DNA of 64,000 nucleotides from Chara braunii (taxonomy: Eukaryota > Plantae > Charophyceae), in assembly GCA_003427395.1 (NCBI GenBank), contig BFEA01000042.1:1192332-1256331 (forward strand), in the 5' to 3' direction. Position 1 is the first letter of the stretch. Each line of letters starts with the position of its first letter. The notes under the pieces are model-generated. The model saw only the letters and a list, made by a program, of their open reading frames with translations, made no database searches and was not told the DNA's origin. Made by a program: the position numbers and the translations under genes. This document shows, piece after piece, positions 33,291 through 45,966 of this stretch.

Positions 33291-36200
33291 CCTACCGATC
33301 CATGGGCTAATGACGAATTTAGAGTTGTTAGACCGTTATAGACTACTCTTCCCCGAAGAAAGACAATTCACCTACCGTAAGAGAAACTGTAGCCAGCACG
33401 TGTCGGCTTCCAGGATAGACTACTTCTTAACATCACCAGGCATAACGGGCATGTTGCACTCAGTAATTATAGGTAGCCTACCGTACGACGTAGGATTGGA
33501 CCACAAACCTATCCTTTTGAGTTTGACATCAGATAAACAAATCAGCAGGGGTAAGGGGTTTTACAAAATCAATAACTCCCTCCTAAAAACTAAGGAAATG
33601 AGACACGCGGTGCTGCAAGTGTGTCAAGAACACAACCCGGACACACATTCATTCCCAGAACTGCTAACATCACTATCTAAGGCTTCTGCTATAGTGGCTA
33701 GGAGACTGGCGACAAAGAGGAAGGAAAGAGAGGAAGAACTGACGCGAGCAATAAAGATTGCAGAACGCAATACTATTTATAGGCCAGGGGATGAGATATA
33801 TGAAAGAGTATTAGAGACGGCAAGAGGCGAGATGGCCGAATGACAACGCTGGAAAATGAAAGGCTTAAGAATGAGAGCTAGAATCAAAGAATGGGAGGAA
33901 GGGGAGAGAATGAGCAAATTCTTCTTCCAAAAAATCAAGACTAGGGGCAAGAACAATCTCGTAAAGAGTTTAGAAGGAGAAGGGGGGCCTACCTTAGACA
34001 AGGAAGGGTTGTTAAGGGTGGCTTTCAACTTCTATAGTAAACTATACACATCAGTAGAAGACCAGTTCTCTAAACCTAGAGTTGAGGAGGCGAGATCAAA
34101 GTTTCTGAATTATCTTCAGAACACAATTTCACGTAAGCACGCGGCCGTGCTGGACGAACCCTTAACACAGGAGGAGTTATGGGAGGCACTAAAAGCGATG
34201 ACCCCGAATAAAACCCCGGGGAAAGACGGCCTGACTAGAGAATTCTGGCTAGAATTTTGGCTAATTTTGGGCGAGGAATACGTGTCCTTCCTCGATTAGG
34301 CATGGCAGGAAGAGGGTATAGGAAGCGAGCCAGCAACAGAGATAGTCATGCTGCTTTACAAAAAAGGGAGTCCTACGGACATACGAAATTATAGACCAAT
34401 AACTTTGTTGACTCTCACTCACAAAATAGTAGTCAAGGCGCTAGCTAATCGCTTATCCAAAATCACGACAGGCTGCTTCCATCTGGATCAAACAGGATTC
34501 ATAACGGGTAGGTTTATCCTGGATAATGTCATGTGCCTAACAGAATCGGTCCGGTACATAAGGGACAAGAGAATCAATGCCGCCATTCTTTTTTTCGACT
34601 TTGAAAAGGCTTACGACCAGGTCAGTTGGCCCTTCCTGCAGTTGTGCATGAAAAAGATGGGGGTAGGGCCGAACTTTAGGAAGTGGATCAGGGTCTTATA
34701 CAACAATGCACAAGGACAAATACAGATAAATGGTCACTTATCCTCAACCTACCCGATGTCAAGGTCGGTTAGGCAAGGGGACCCCTTAGCTTCTCCCATC
34801 TTTCTCTCCATAATGGAGGCAATAACCTCCTTCCTGAGAAAGGACCCGTCAATAGAAAGACTAACAGCACCACCAGACCAGCAAGGACACAAGGTGGTAA
34901 TTCCTACGACGATACTGTTCGCGGATGATTTGACAGTCTTAATCAGGGCCACAGACTCCTCCTTTCAAGAGTTAACAAGAGCTATGGAAGCCTTCCAGCT
35001 GGCTTCAGAAATGAAAATCAATTGGCACAAAACAGTGGGGTGGTGGATGGCAGAGNTAGACCAAGAGAACCAGATACCGGTCACCAGCCCGGAGGGGCTT
35101 CAATGGATGTCACCACAACAACTGCTCCGATACCTTGGGATCAAAATAACAGAAGAGGGGACTCATCAGTCTATGGCGGCAGACATAATGGCCAAGATGT
35201 TAGCAAAGTTCGGGGCCTGGTCGACAGTGTACACCTCAATATACGGAAGAGCACTGATCTTGAACGCATCAATCCTCTCCATGATCTGGTATGCGGGGTC
35301 AATTTGGACTCCCCCCAAGGCCACATCGACCCAGCTTAGGAGAAAGGGAGCAGCCTTCTTGTGGACAGCGAAGCACAACACGGAGCACTTCATAACCAAG
35401 GTGGCATGGAAAACGGTAACCAGAGCCAAGGGTCAAGGGGGCCTAGGCATCCTAGACCCAAGTCTACAGTTGAAGGCTTTGCAAACAAAATGGGTGGTCA
35501 AGCTAATCTCACAACCCAGGTTATCATGGACTTCATTAGTATTGGAAAGGATCAGGCAGATAGCCAAGTACAAAACACCTAGCAACATGACGGGACTGTT
35601 CTGGATCATGTGTAGCAACTGGGCTAAAGTGAGCTACAGGAAGGAGAACAGGGATGCACAAGGGGGAAGGGCTAGAAACCCTTCTTATTGGTTACAACTA
35701 ATACAGCTGTGGAAGGAGGTCTTCCCAGCAAGGGTCAGAGAACCCACCACAAGGGAGGAGGTATTAAGACAACCGATATTATGCAATATTAGCATTAGGG
35801 ACGACGGCGGAAAACCTCTAACACTAACTAGCAGAGATTCGAGATGGGGTAGATGGGTGGAACACGGAATATGGCAGATCAAACATATTTGGGATGATGA
35901 GAACAACCGGTGGAAAACAGCAGGGGAGCTGAGGAGAGCATTGAAGGGGTGCCACAATCTTCAGGACAATCTGAGAATAGTCACAGAAGCCATACACCCA
36001 ACCTGGTTACTCTTGCTGAGAGAGGGAAAGCAATGGCGAGAGGGAGATTGGNCCACATGGGAAGATGATCCGGAACCTAAACAGGTCTTCAGGGTGGGNG
36101 ACACGGACAAGGATAGGAATGAATGGCTAGTAGCTGACAAATACGACATAATACAACCGAGCAGTACCACTTCCCAACTGGACAAGTCTTCCAAAGCACC

Positions 36201-37150
36201 ACTGTATATACTCAAGCAAGGGTTACAGAAGGTAAGAGTGATGGAGATGGATGAGTACACAGTATACAGTTCAACAGTACCAATCGAGGATCTAGAGGTT
36301 GACCCTGGAGAATGGGCCTGGAACATCAGAGATGGGCAATCAAGAGTAGCAAGAAGAATCAACATTCTCCAATATACCACAAAAACAGGGTATAGACTGA
36401 GGAAAAGATCCAGGTCTATGGGACACTCTCTGTCCAAGATGGGAGAAGAAAGTAGGGGTCCCCAGGAACCTAATGACTGATATACCGTGGTCTAGCATCC
36501 TATCTATTAGACTGGGTCAGGTTAGAAGTATGCAATGGTTAATAGCGCACGTGGCACTTCCAGTTAACGTGTGGCTCAACGANAGAAGAAGTCACAACCA
36601 GAGAAACGAGGAAGCGGAGCTTTGCAGAGTGTGCCAAGAAGGGCTTCCGGAAACAATGGTGCATTGCCTGCTGGAATGTAAGGAGGCGAAAGAAATCTGG
36701 GAACAGGTTAGGGGGATTTGGAAACAGGTAGGGACGACAGCTTTCCCAGAGTCAAAGTTTACCATGCTTTTGGGGGGTGGGGTTTCCAAAGGATGGCAAC
36801 CCTACCAGAGGCACATCTTTCAACTGCTGAGACAATATGGACTGTGGACCATTTGGAAGAGGAGATGTCAGGCCACCATGGAAGGAACACTAATTCATAG
36901 GGAGGAAGCTAGAGAGCTGCTCCTCAATACAGTGGAAATACATCTTAACGCGCAGTGGAAAAGGGTGAGACAGCAAGCAAGACAACAACCTGGTCAAAAG
37001 GAGGAATAAATCAAAAAGTTTAAACAGAATATTTTGGGTCAGGGGAAAGTAGCAGAGCCCAGAGGCGTACAGCTTCGCTTCAAATGGAGGGAAGAGAGAT
37101 GAGGATATCAGAGAACAGATATGGGTTAGGGCTAAAGGAAAGAGGGGAAA
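33291..37150 (+). mobile_element. LINE subfamily B, truncated within the endonuclease; stops and frameshift
   Basis: SRIDYF, DHKPI, RT with LFADD, CRVC...HCLLEC; stops at 33841, 34297 and 37007; frameshift near 36430. Confidence 0.95.
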
Positions 37151-37154
37151 ATTA

Positions 37155-38060
37155 ACTTCTCCTTTTGACTGACATCCCTAAGGGGTCACGGAAAACAGAA
37201 AGGATCTGGATTGAGTTCACCAGAAAGACCTTCCCTTGGGTCATACAGAAGGAAAGGTACAGCAGAACGATTGAGGAGGCTGCAAGCGCACGGGAAAAAG
37301 TCCGGGTGGAGACAAAGGAGCAGATACAGACAGAAATTCTATGCAGAGGGAAAAGATCAAGAGAACAGGGACAAACGATGAAGAGCAGCGGAAGAGGGCT
37401 AGGGACAAGGTCTTCAAGACTTGGTAGGTAGGGGCGAGGGTTGCTGAGCTGAGGAATGATCCTATCTGGTGGAAGGAATGGCACAACTCCGTTTGAAGAA
37501 GAAATCTGGAACAGCAAAGCACGGTACCAGGGAGTGGAACCCTCGATTCAGATTCTAACTGGGACAGTTCTGATTTCGGGTCACTACTCTTGATGTACAG
37601 CGGTGGGGATCAGGGTGCAAGCTGGTAACGCAGGCGAACAAGGGAAGTAAAAGGGTCAAAGCAAGGGGTCCTGGAGGAACCAGGAAGGCGACCCCTGAAT
37701 GGGAATGGTACATCGGGGTGTAGTTAAGAAGGACGAGGGTTTAGGGTCCAGGGTTTAATGGTTGCTTAGACAAAAAGAAAAATCAGGTGGAATGGGAAGG
37801 GCTCGGGTTGATGACCACAATGGAGGAACTCTTTCTAGGATACAGCGATGAAATTTGTCAGGCCTATTTGTCTGGTCTGAGAGGAAAGAGAGGGGATGGG
37901 CAAGCTGGCAGTTAATCCTCCATTGAGGTGGAGCAATCAATGCTGTCCAGGGGTCCTTCGGCCAGACGGAAGGAAGCGTGTGTGAATGTAATTGTTGTAA
38001 TGTTCTTATCGACTTGCTGGTGGAATAGGAACCGGACTGACGCTCCCCAGAATAGAAGGA
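37155..38060 (+). mobile_element. Subfamily A LINE 3' fragment with tail (runs into gap)
   Basis: TDIPKG..IWIEFTRK..TEILCR; AGGGTTTAGGG at 37737; tail at 37828-38060. Confidence 0.85.
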
Positions 38061-38340
38061 NNNNNNNNNNNNNNNNNNNNNNNNNNNNNNNNNNNNNNNN
38101 NNNNNNNNNNNNNNNNNNNNNNNNNNNNNNNNNNNNNNNNNNNNNNNNNNNNNNNNNNNNNNNNNNNNNNNNNNNNNNNNNNNNNNNNNNNNNNNNNNNN
38201 NNNNNNNNNNNNNNNNNNNNNNNNNNNNNNNNNNNNNNNNNNNNNNNNNNNNNNNNNNNNNNNNNNNNNNNNNNNNNNNNNNNNNNNNNNNNNNNNNNNN
38301 NNNNNNNNNNNNNNNNNNNNNNNNNNNNNNNNNNNNNNNN

Positions 38341-39516
38341 GCTGCAGAACTATCGAAGGACTCTCCAACCCAAGAGATAAGGTATGGGCGGAGACAAGAT
38401 CTATGCTACAGGCTGAAATTCTCTGCAGATGGCAGACGTTAAAACAGTCGATGCCTGAGGATGAGGAGCAGCAAGAAAAGGTCAGGAAGAAGTTCACCAG
38501 GCAATGGCTGGCGAATGGTAAGGTGGTTGAGTTACGGAATGACAGAGTGTGCTGGAAAGACTGGCACAACTCGGAAACAGATCGGAGAGCCCAGTTCGTG
38601 CCAGCAGCGGATGGGCAGGGGAACTGAAGTGATGAAGGGGCACATCAGGTATCGGGCGCCAGGTGAGTGAGTCACAGAGGAAGCCAAAGGAAGTAGAGGG
38701 TGAGACTGGGAGGAGGGGACTTCGATCAGTTCCCGGCACGGCAAAGATTGTTCCACACCAGACACACAATCGGAAGGGCTTAAGAGGCTGAGATAGGGCG
38801 GAACAGATGGCTCCCATCATAATCGATAAGTCAGACGGCCTTACACGCTCTACAGTTGGAGGGGAGAACTTAAAAAGTACCCTGGGATCTCAGTCATCAG
38901 GGTTTCACCAGTGGAGGTACAATAGGGAAGGGATGCCGTTAGGAGGAATAGGGGAGGGTTTAGGGTTTAAGGATCTTAGTCTTCGGGTAACGGCTCAGGG
39001 GCTTATGGTTGAAGGGTTTGGCCAGTCGAAACGGCTCAAGACAGTAGTCTTAGGCAGATGTTAACTGGTCAAGATGGCTGAGGATAGGGCCGGACTGAAT
39101 CAACGGAGACAGGGTGGAGGCTGATTGGTAGACATTAAGGGGTTTTAGGAAAAAGGGAAATGTTGCGTCTACCTAGTCAGAAAATAGGGGGGTTCAGGGC
39201 GTGTTGAGGGGTGGGGGTTGCGGAAGTGGCTAGATCCTTTCTTGGTATTCAGGCCCTATACGGCAAGTTAGTACGGTAGACCTGAGAGGAAAGGGTATAG
39301 TACGGCAAGCTGACAGTCAATCCTCCATATGGATGGAGCAATCAATGCTGGTCAGGGGTCCTTCGGCCGTACGGAAGGAAGCATGTGTCTGTAATTATGA
39401 TGTATTATCCTTTTGACTTGCCGGTGGAGTAGGAACCGGACTGATGCTCTCCAGAAAGGAAAAGGAGCCTGGGTCATAAGGTCCAGTTTCTTTAAAAAAA
39501 AAAAAAAAAAAAAAAA
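38341..39516 (+). mobile_element. Subfamily A LINE 3' fragment with tail and poly(A)
   Basis: QAEILCRW...WKDWHNS; AGGGTTTAGGGTTTAAGG at 38956; tail at 39235-39486. Confidence 0.88.
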
Positions 39517-41334
39517 AGTTTTGCATTTGAAGTTCAGCAGGATCAGAACTCTCTGATGGTGCCAGCATCATTTTTTATTCCCCCCCCCCACCCCCCCACC
39601 AAATAACGGAGCCTCTTGGCTCTGGCTCCTACCATTCTGGGGAGCGACAGTCCGGTTCCTTTCCCCCGGCAAGTCAATTAGGAATACATCAGAGACTCAC
39701 ACACGCTCCCCCCCATTATGGCTGGGAGGCCCGAGTAGACGGCATTGATTACTCCCCTGAGGAAGGACGTACCACCTCTCACCCCTTCCTAAGTTACCCT
39801 CTGCTAATTTTGCCTACCAATCCGTCTGATCCCAGTTCTACTCCTCAAACTGTCAGGTAGGTGTGTTATTCGAGAGCGTTCTGGGGCCCCTATAATCTTC
39901 TTTGAGGTCTCACCCTCTAAATTCCTATTTGTTTTTATTTCCATGTAAATCCTAAACGCTAGACCCTAAACCCTGAACCTTAAAAAAAAAANNNNNNNNN
40001 NNNNNNNNNNNNNNNNNNNNNNNNNNNNNNNNNNNNNNNNNNNNNNNNNNNNNNNNNNNNNNNNNNNNNNNNNNNNNNNNNNNNNNNNNNNNNNNNNNNN
40101 NNNNNNAAAAAAAAAAAAAAAAAAAAAAAGAAGTAACAAGAATCCTTCCTAAAAAATAGATCGTTATCCATTGAACCTCAATTCTACTGGCTTGTGTCTT
40201 GGTTAAGTCATTCTGCTGGCATCTTGTAGCACTGGACGTTGCGTAATCTGCACTCTGTGTGTCGAATCAGAACTGCCCCAGTCCTTCCACCTGAGTTTGT
40301 GTCCATTCAGCTCCGCCACCCTGCCTCCAGCCACTCATACTCTCTTGAATTTGATCAGAACTTCCTGCTGCTTGTCAGGATCGGCTTGTGTTAGGACCTC
40401 GACTTTTCACCATTGGCGAAGGATCTCAGCCTCCATCATTAGTGCCTTCGTTGACGCCCACACCCACACTTTGTCACGTTGACTGTTGGAGTTGCCTAAG
40501 GTCCTCCTCCTGCATCTGCATCTTTCCTTCCATATGGTCCAGAGTGCCACCTTCTGTACCATATGCTGACGCTGACCAGATGCATTCTGGTTTGCCAAAG
40601 TGAGAAGGGGCGTTAGTCGACAAGAGTACGTGGATGGGGTGTTTGGGGAATGAAGAGGGAAGTAGACGATCCCACAGGTCGGATGCTCTAGCCCAGTACT
40701 TGGTAGCCTCCTTGCATCTGATTAGTACGCAGTGTATCATATCTTGAAGTTCCTACTCTTTATCTGAGCAAACGACACAAAGATCTGAGCCTTTTGGGCC
40801 GCTCTTCTTTCTCCCGATGTACACATCAGGAGAAAGAGGAGCAACCCAAACAGCTCAGATCTTTTGACTGGGAGTGCAGCCTACGGTATGAGCCATTGGA
40901 GGCTACAAATTTTTACTGGTCGAGTCAAGTCGTTGCGAGGATTTGAATTTTACCTTGGTATTCTAATGATTTGTTCCGCTTCAGGACCTATAATTATTAA
41001 TCCATTCGATCTGCGTTCAATAGGCCCGGCGTCCTTTGTTGTTGGCAACATTCCGTAACCCCATTTTAACTACATAGTCTGTTATCTGGATGGGGGTTTT
41101 GGTTGTTCTGTCCTTTCCTGGACACCAGGCCCATTCTACAGGGTCGAACAGACTTAACTCCAATTCTTGAATTGCTGCCTCCATTTGGAAGACTGTTTTC
41201 GACCAGAGACCAAAGACTCTTATTATTATTTTGGGCAAAGACAACAAGGTGAGAACTGTGATCTGTGGGCCCAAGCTCTGGACGGAGGGGGATTTTGGGT
41301 CGGCTAAGCTGATTGGGAAAGCGGCGAAAACAGC

Positions 41335-41442
41335 TACCGTCTTCACCCGAATAGAACGCCCGGTCATTATAGCTGTATTTGAGGCAACTTCAGTCCAGAT
41401 ACGGCAATAATTACCAGGCGTTCTATTCGTGTGAAGACGGTA
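41335..41442. mobile_element. 108-bp TA-flanked MITE (Tc1/mariner/pogo-type), copy 1
   Basis: TA-CCGTCTTCACCCGAATAGAACGCC...GGCGTTCTATTCGTGTGAAGACGG-TA. Confidence 0.85.
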
Positions 41443-41689
41443 GGAGGCGTGAGCCTGGCTATCTGCGGGAGAATCGCAAGGCCCTTGTTGGGTGCCGTAT
41501 CTTGAATCAAGATTCCCAACTCACCTGGCTTCCATGTGAACTCTTCTTTTAGTAATTCCTTCCAGCTGCCTGGGATGCTATTGATTACTGTCTGCACATT
41601 CTCATCTCCATGGTGGCACCTTTTAAGATAGGATCTGAGATCAATCCAATCCCTTTTTCCCTCATCCCAAATGTGGCTTAGTGAGCCTT

Positions 41690-42286
41690 TGTGGCATACT
41701 CAGTTCCACACGAGCCCAGCAGGGCCCGACCAGGTAGCCCAGGGGTTAGTAGGGTTAGGCCTGTGTCATTCCGGCCCGCATTAGGGGCCGTGGGGTCTGT
41801 CGGTTAGGTTAGGCTGACCGGTACCAGTTAGAGGTCCTGTAGGCCTCGTTTCGGATTCAGGCCCTGGCGCACATTTTGGGCGCCCGACCCTGACCCAGAG
41901 GCTGTGCCGTTTCAGCAGGCACTTGGGCGGTTGAGGCCCAACCTCAGTTTGGGCGCCAAACTTTTGAGACCCAGCCTCAATTTGGGCACCAGGACTCAGC
42001 AGCTGAGGCCGACCCAGCGCTATATATAGCTGGGTCCGGCCCCAGTCAGGTCATTCAGTAGAGGATCGAGGTGAGGCATACTTCGGGCGACGGCAGTACA
42101 GTAGTAGTCCGCGATAGGACTAGTCTTCCAGCGCTGGGCGCTGATAGAGTAGAGTAGCGCAGGGAGGGAGACATGGTGATGGTCAGGGGACTTACCTGAG
42201 ACTTACCTGCGTGGCCATCGCTCCAGCTTCGTCTTCAGCACGTCCGTACCTGCATCAAGGTGCCACCTTTCGCAGGTCAGTACCGG

Positions 42287-42321
<35 letters not shown>

Positions 42322-42613
42322 NNNNNNNNNNNNNNNNNNNNNNNNNNNNNNNNNNNNNNNNNNNNNNNNNNNNNNNNNNNNNNNNNNNNNNNNNNNNNNN
42401 NNNNNNNNNNNNNNNNNNNNNNNNNNNNNNNNNNNNNNNNNNNNNNNNNNNNNNNNNNNNNNNNNNNNNNNNNNNNNNNNNNNNNNNNNNNNNNNNNNNN
42501 NNNNNNNNNNNNNNNNNNNNNNNNNNNNNNNNNNNNNNNNNNNNNNNNNNNNNNNNNNNNNNNNNNNNNNNNNNNNNNNNNNNNNNNNNNNNNNNNNNNN
42601 NNNNNNNNNNNNN

Positions 42614-42646
<33 letters not shown>

Positions 42647-42991
42647 ATTGGCGACATTGGGATTCAGACTCGACATTGGACAGAGACGTTGTGGGGGCCT
42701 ATTTGGGAGTGATATCAGCGAGGTTTGGGTTGACGACATTCTCCTCCCCCACTCTTCTTCGTCTCTTCCCCTTCCTCCTCATCTGTGTATGAGCTGTGCC
42801 TGGCGCCTTCGTCCTTGTGTGTGGCGCCAGGCCATTCACACCATGTGATGATGATGATGATGTATGTCCAGTCTGCATTTTGACATTGATTGGGTCTGAT
42901 CATTGGTATTCCAGTCTTCTGCTGTGCTATCTTGCTCTATCTATGAGAGGTCGGTTCTTGGTTCTGGTCTGCACCATCCTGGTATGCAACA
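41690..42991. mobile_element. Solo LTR (related to 4724-6133, opposite orientation)
   Basis: TGTGGCATAC...GTATGCAACA with perfect 5-bp TSD GCCTT; shares motifs with the 4724-6133 LTR. Confidence 0.88.
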
Positions 42992-43802
42992 GCCTTACTC
43001 TCCATATCCCATGGCTAATCCAGGACCGCCACCCCCGGCCCCATGTAGTTACTGATAGCCGGTGGTCACGGTCATCCCTCACCCATGAAATCCCAAAGAA
43101 AGGCCGTCTTACTACTTCCTCTTTGGACTTAGGGGTGTGAGTCTTTTTTGACATGATTTCTCTCCATATGCGAAGGAGTGCGATCCCGTAGGGAAGAGGG
43201 GACCAACCTTTGTCATGAGACGTACCTGTGGCGCGGTTTTTGCATCCAGTCTCTGAGTTCCATTCTTTATTGCCCCCAGAAACCCTTAGACCTGAAAAAA
43301 AAAAAAAAAGCATGCGCGTACTCTGGGTCTTCGAGTACATATGCAGACTTCCCGCGTACATGTATGGGGTGCTACCTAGCTTGAATGCTTACAGCATTTC
43401 TCTGACAAAACATAGCAAATGTCTCAGGTTTCTCAGACTGAAATGTGCAGGTTATATTGCAAGGGGAGCCCTCTCTGTTGGTTTATGTGGAACAGATTCA
43501 CAGGTTCCCTACATCAAGCTTTGAGCCTACCTGATTGTCTGATACAAGACTTCTTCTTTAATTAATAGTTCTTTTGTGAAATTCAATTTCTCATGTGCTG
43601 TATGCATTCCAGATCCATGTGTGGGCACATTATGTCCTCCATGCAATTAAAGCCTCACATATTGTGCTGATCCTTTTTTTTTTNNNNNNNNNNNNNNNNN
43701 NNNNNNNNNNNNNNNNNNNNNNNNNNNNNNNNNNNNNNNNNNNNNNNNNNNNNNNNNNNNNNNNNNNNNNNNNNNNNNNNNNNNNNNNNNNNNNNNNNNN
43801 NN

Positions 43803-43876
<74 letters not shown>

Positions 43877-44544
43877 AAAACAGTTTAAACAGGTCATTTT
43901 TGTACTTATCCTAAGATATTGAGTTTTCTCTTTTCATATTTTTGTTCTCTTTTTATATATGAATCTTTTTTACTCTTTTTCCCCACTTCTCTTTCCTGCG
44001 CGACTGTTATCTTTCTGTCACAGTCCTTCCTCTGCTTCGGTGCATTCCTCCTTTGCATCCCCCCTTCGTGCAGCTGTTTCGATTTCTTTTTCTCTCTCAG
44101 TGACTCCCCCCCTTCTCCCCCCTGTCTCCCCCCCCGCCCCCCCCTTTGAAAGATGTGTTTTCTGCATCCTTCATGTCATCACCTTTCCTCCTTTCAGAAT
44201 CTCGCTTTGTTTTTACCTTGCCTCAGCTATCCCTTGGCTCCTTGCACCCTGTATACACACGTGTAAGTTGTGACTGCTGATAAACAGATCTAGTGTTCAC
44301 ACCCCGTCGGATATGGACTCTTTGGATCCCCTTGAAGGCGTCATTTCTCTATCCATCTCATCATCTCAGCCCCTCCAGTGGGACACATGTAAAGTTGTTA
44401 ACCGTTGATAAATAAATCCAGTGTTCAAAACATGGTTGCCAGCCGGACATCCGGATCCCGATCCTCCCCAGGCCATTTTCCAGCGCCAAGGGGACTCCTT
44501 AAAAAAAAAATAGTAAAAAAATAAAAATAGAAAAATCTTAGGGT

Positions 44545-44697
44545 TCTAGCTCCTTTTTCATTCTGAAGAGCATCAATCCGATTCCTATTCCACCGGCAAG
44601 TCAAACAACATAGTACAACAGTTACTCACACACACTTCTCCCCATGGTGGTTGACAGACCCGAGCTGACGACATTGATTACTTCCCCAGGGGAAGGA
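44545..44697 (-). mobile_element. Divergent structured LINE tail (minus strand)
   Basis: Reverse complement reads ccttcccctggggaagtaatcaatg...gacttgccggtggaataggaatcgg...ggagc. Confidence 0.8.
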
Positions 44698-44962
44698 TGT
44701 ATCACCCCTTACCATACACAGACGAAGAAGAGGCGGGTTTAGACGAAGAAGAGGGGAAGATGGGAATGTTGTCAACACCAAGTCTTCGGTACAGGTCCCA
44801 AATAATCTCTCATCAAATGTCTGAATCCCAATGTCGAGTCTGGATCCAAATATCGTCAAGTCCCAAAGTCACCAATCTCTCCCTCTCTCGTAGTCTGCAG
44901 ATACTGAGAAGTCAGGTAGCGAGAGGGGGAGGAGGAGATGGTGGACTTAGAAGAGGAAGAAG

Positions 44963-45029
<67 letters not shown>

Positions 45030-45625
45030 CCGGTACTAACCTGGAAGGTGGCGCCTTGTTGCAGGTACATCGAAGACGAAGCTGGAGCTATGGCGCCTCA
45101 GGTAGGTCTCCCTGGCCTCCGCCAACCATCTCTCTCTCTCCAAGGCTACTCTAGCTCCTAATAGCACCCAGCGCTGAAGACTACTGCTAACGCTACTACT
45201 ACTACTACTACAGCGCTCCTCCACAGTGCTGCTGCCGAATCCTGAAAACTGCCTCCTGCCTCCTGCACGTGAAGTGCCTGGGAAGTTCCTATGAACTACC
45301 TCGTGACTGTCTGCAGCCTGTAGGGCGGGCCAGTCTTATATAGTGCTGGCCCGTCCAGGAGGCTTCTCTTGCCAATGCCGAAACGTGCCAGACCTGGTGT
45401 TGAAGTTCAAACAAGGGTTGTCTTGAAAACACGCCAAAAATGGCCTGTGCTAAAACCCTGGTCTGGTGCCTAAGTTTCAGGGCATGTTGATCTTATGAGG
45501 GCCTGAAAATGGCCCTCCGTTTCAGGCTGAAAAGACTCAGAGCCTGGAGGGCCCTGTTTTAGGCTTGTTTTCAGGCTTTTAGGCTGAGAAAGCTGGTCGG
45601 GCCCTGCAGGCCCGTGTGGCTGCAC
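44698..45625. mobile_element. LTR-derived sequence homologous to 5070-5990
   Basis: Colinear blocks (caacaccaagtcttcg, cgagtctggatccaaat, gccaatgccgaaacgtgccagac); no clean TSD. Confidence 0.75.
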
Positions 45626-45669
45626 AGTATGCCAGAGTATACCTGGACAGTGCCCTGCGGAAATTGCTT

Positions 45670-45698
45670 AAACCCTAAACCCTAAACCCTAAACCCTA
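45670..45698 (-). repeat. Short telomeric repeat tract
   Basis: AAACCCTAAACCCTAAAACCCTAAACCCTA. Confidence 0.85.
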
Positions 45699-45858
45699 GC
45701 TCCTATACTGGCCTTTATCTTATTTCCTAGAAGTGCCTCCTCTCTATGAGAGCCTTGTCTTTGTAATTCTTCTTAGCAGGTTGTCAATCACTTGAAACTT
45801 GAGTGTTGCAGCAGCTAGCTTGGCTTCCGTCTGTACCCTTTGTTAAGCCCCTATACCC

Positions 45859-45966
45859 TACCGTCTTCACCCGAATGGAACGCCCGGTCATTATCGCTGC
45901 ATCTGACTGAAAGTTGGGCCACATGCAGCTATAATGACCGGGCGTTCTATTCGGGTGAAGACGGTA
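45859..45966. mobile_element. 108-bp TA-flanked MITE, copy 2
   Basis: Same TIR and length as 41335-41442. Confidence 0.87.

Larger units (their letters stand above)
39600..43230 (-). mobile_element. Divergent subfamily A-like LINE (minus strand), interrupted by a MITE and a solo LTR
   Basis: RRPFFGISW, GIWRVR, DPVEWAW, LWTIWKERC, EAEILRQW; TTTAGGG-like motif at 39951-39981; tail at 39610-39790. Confidence 0.85.
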
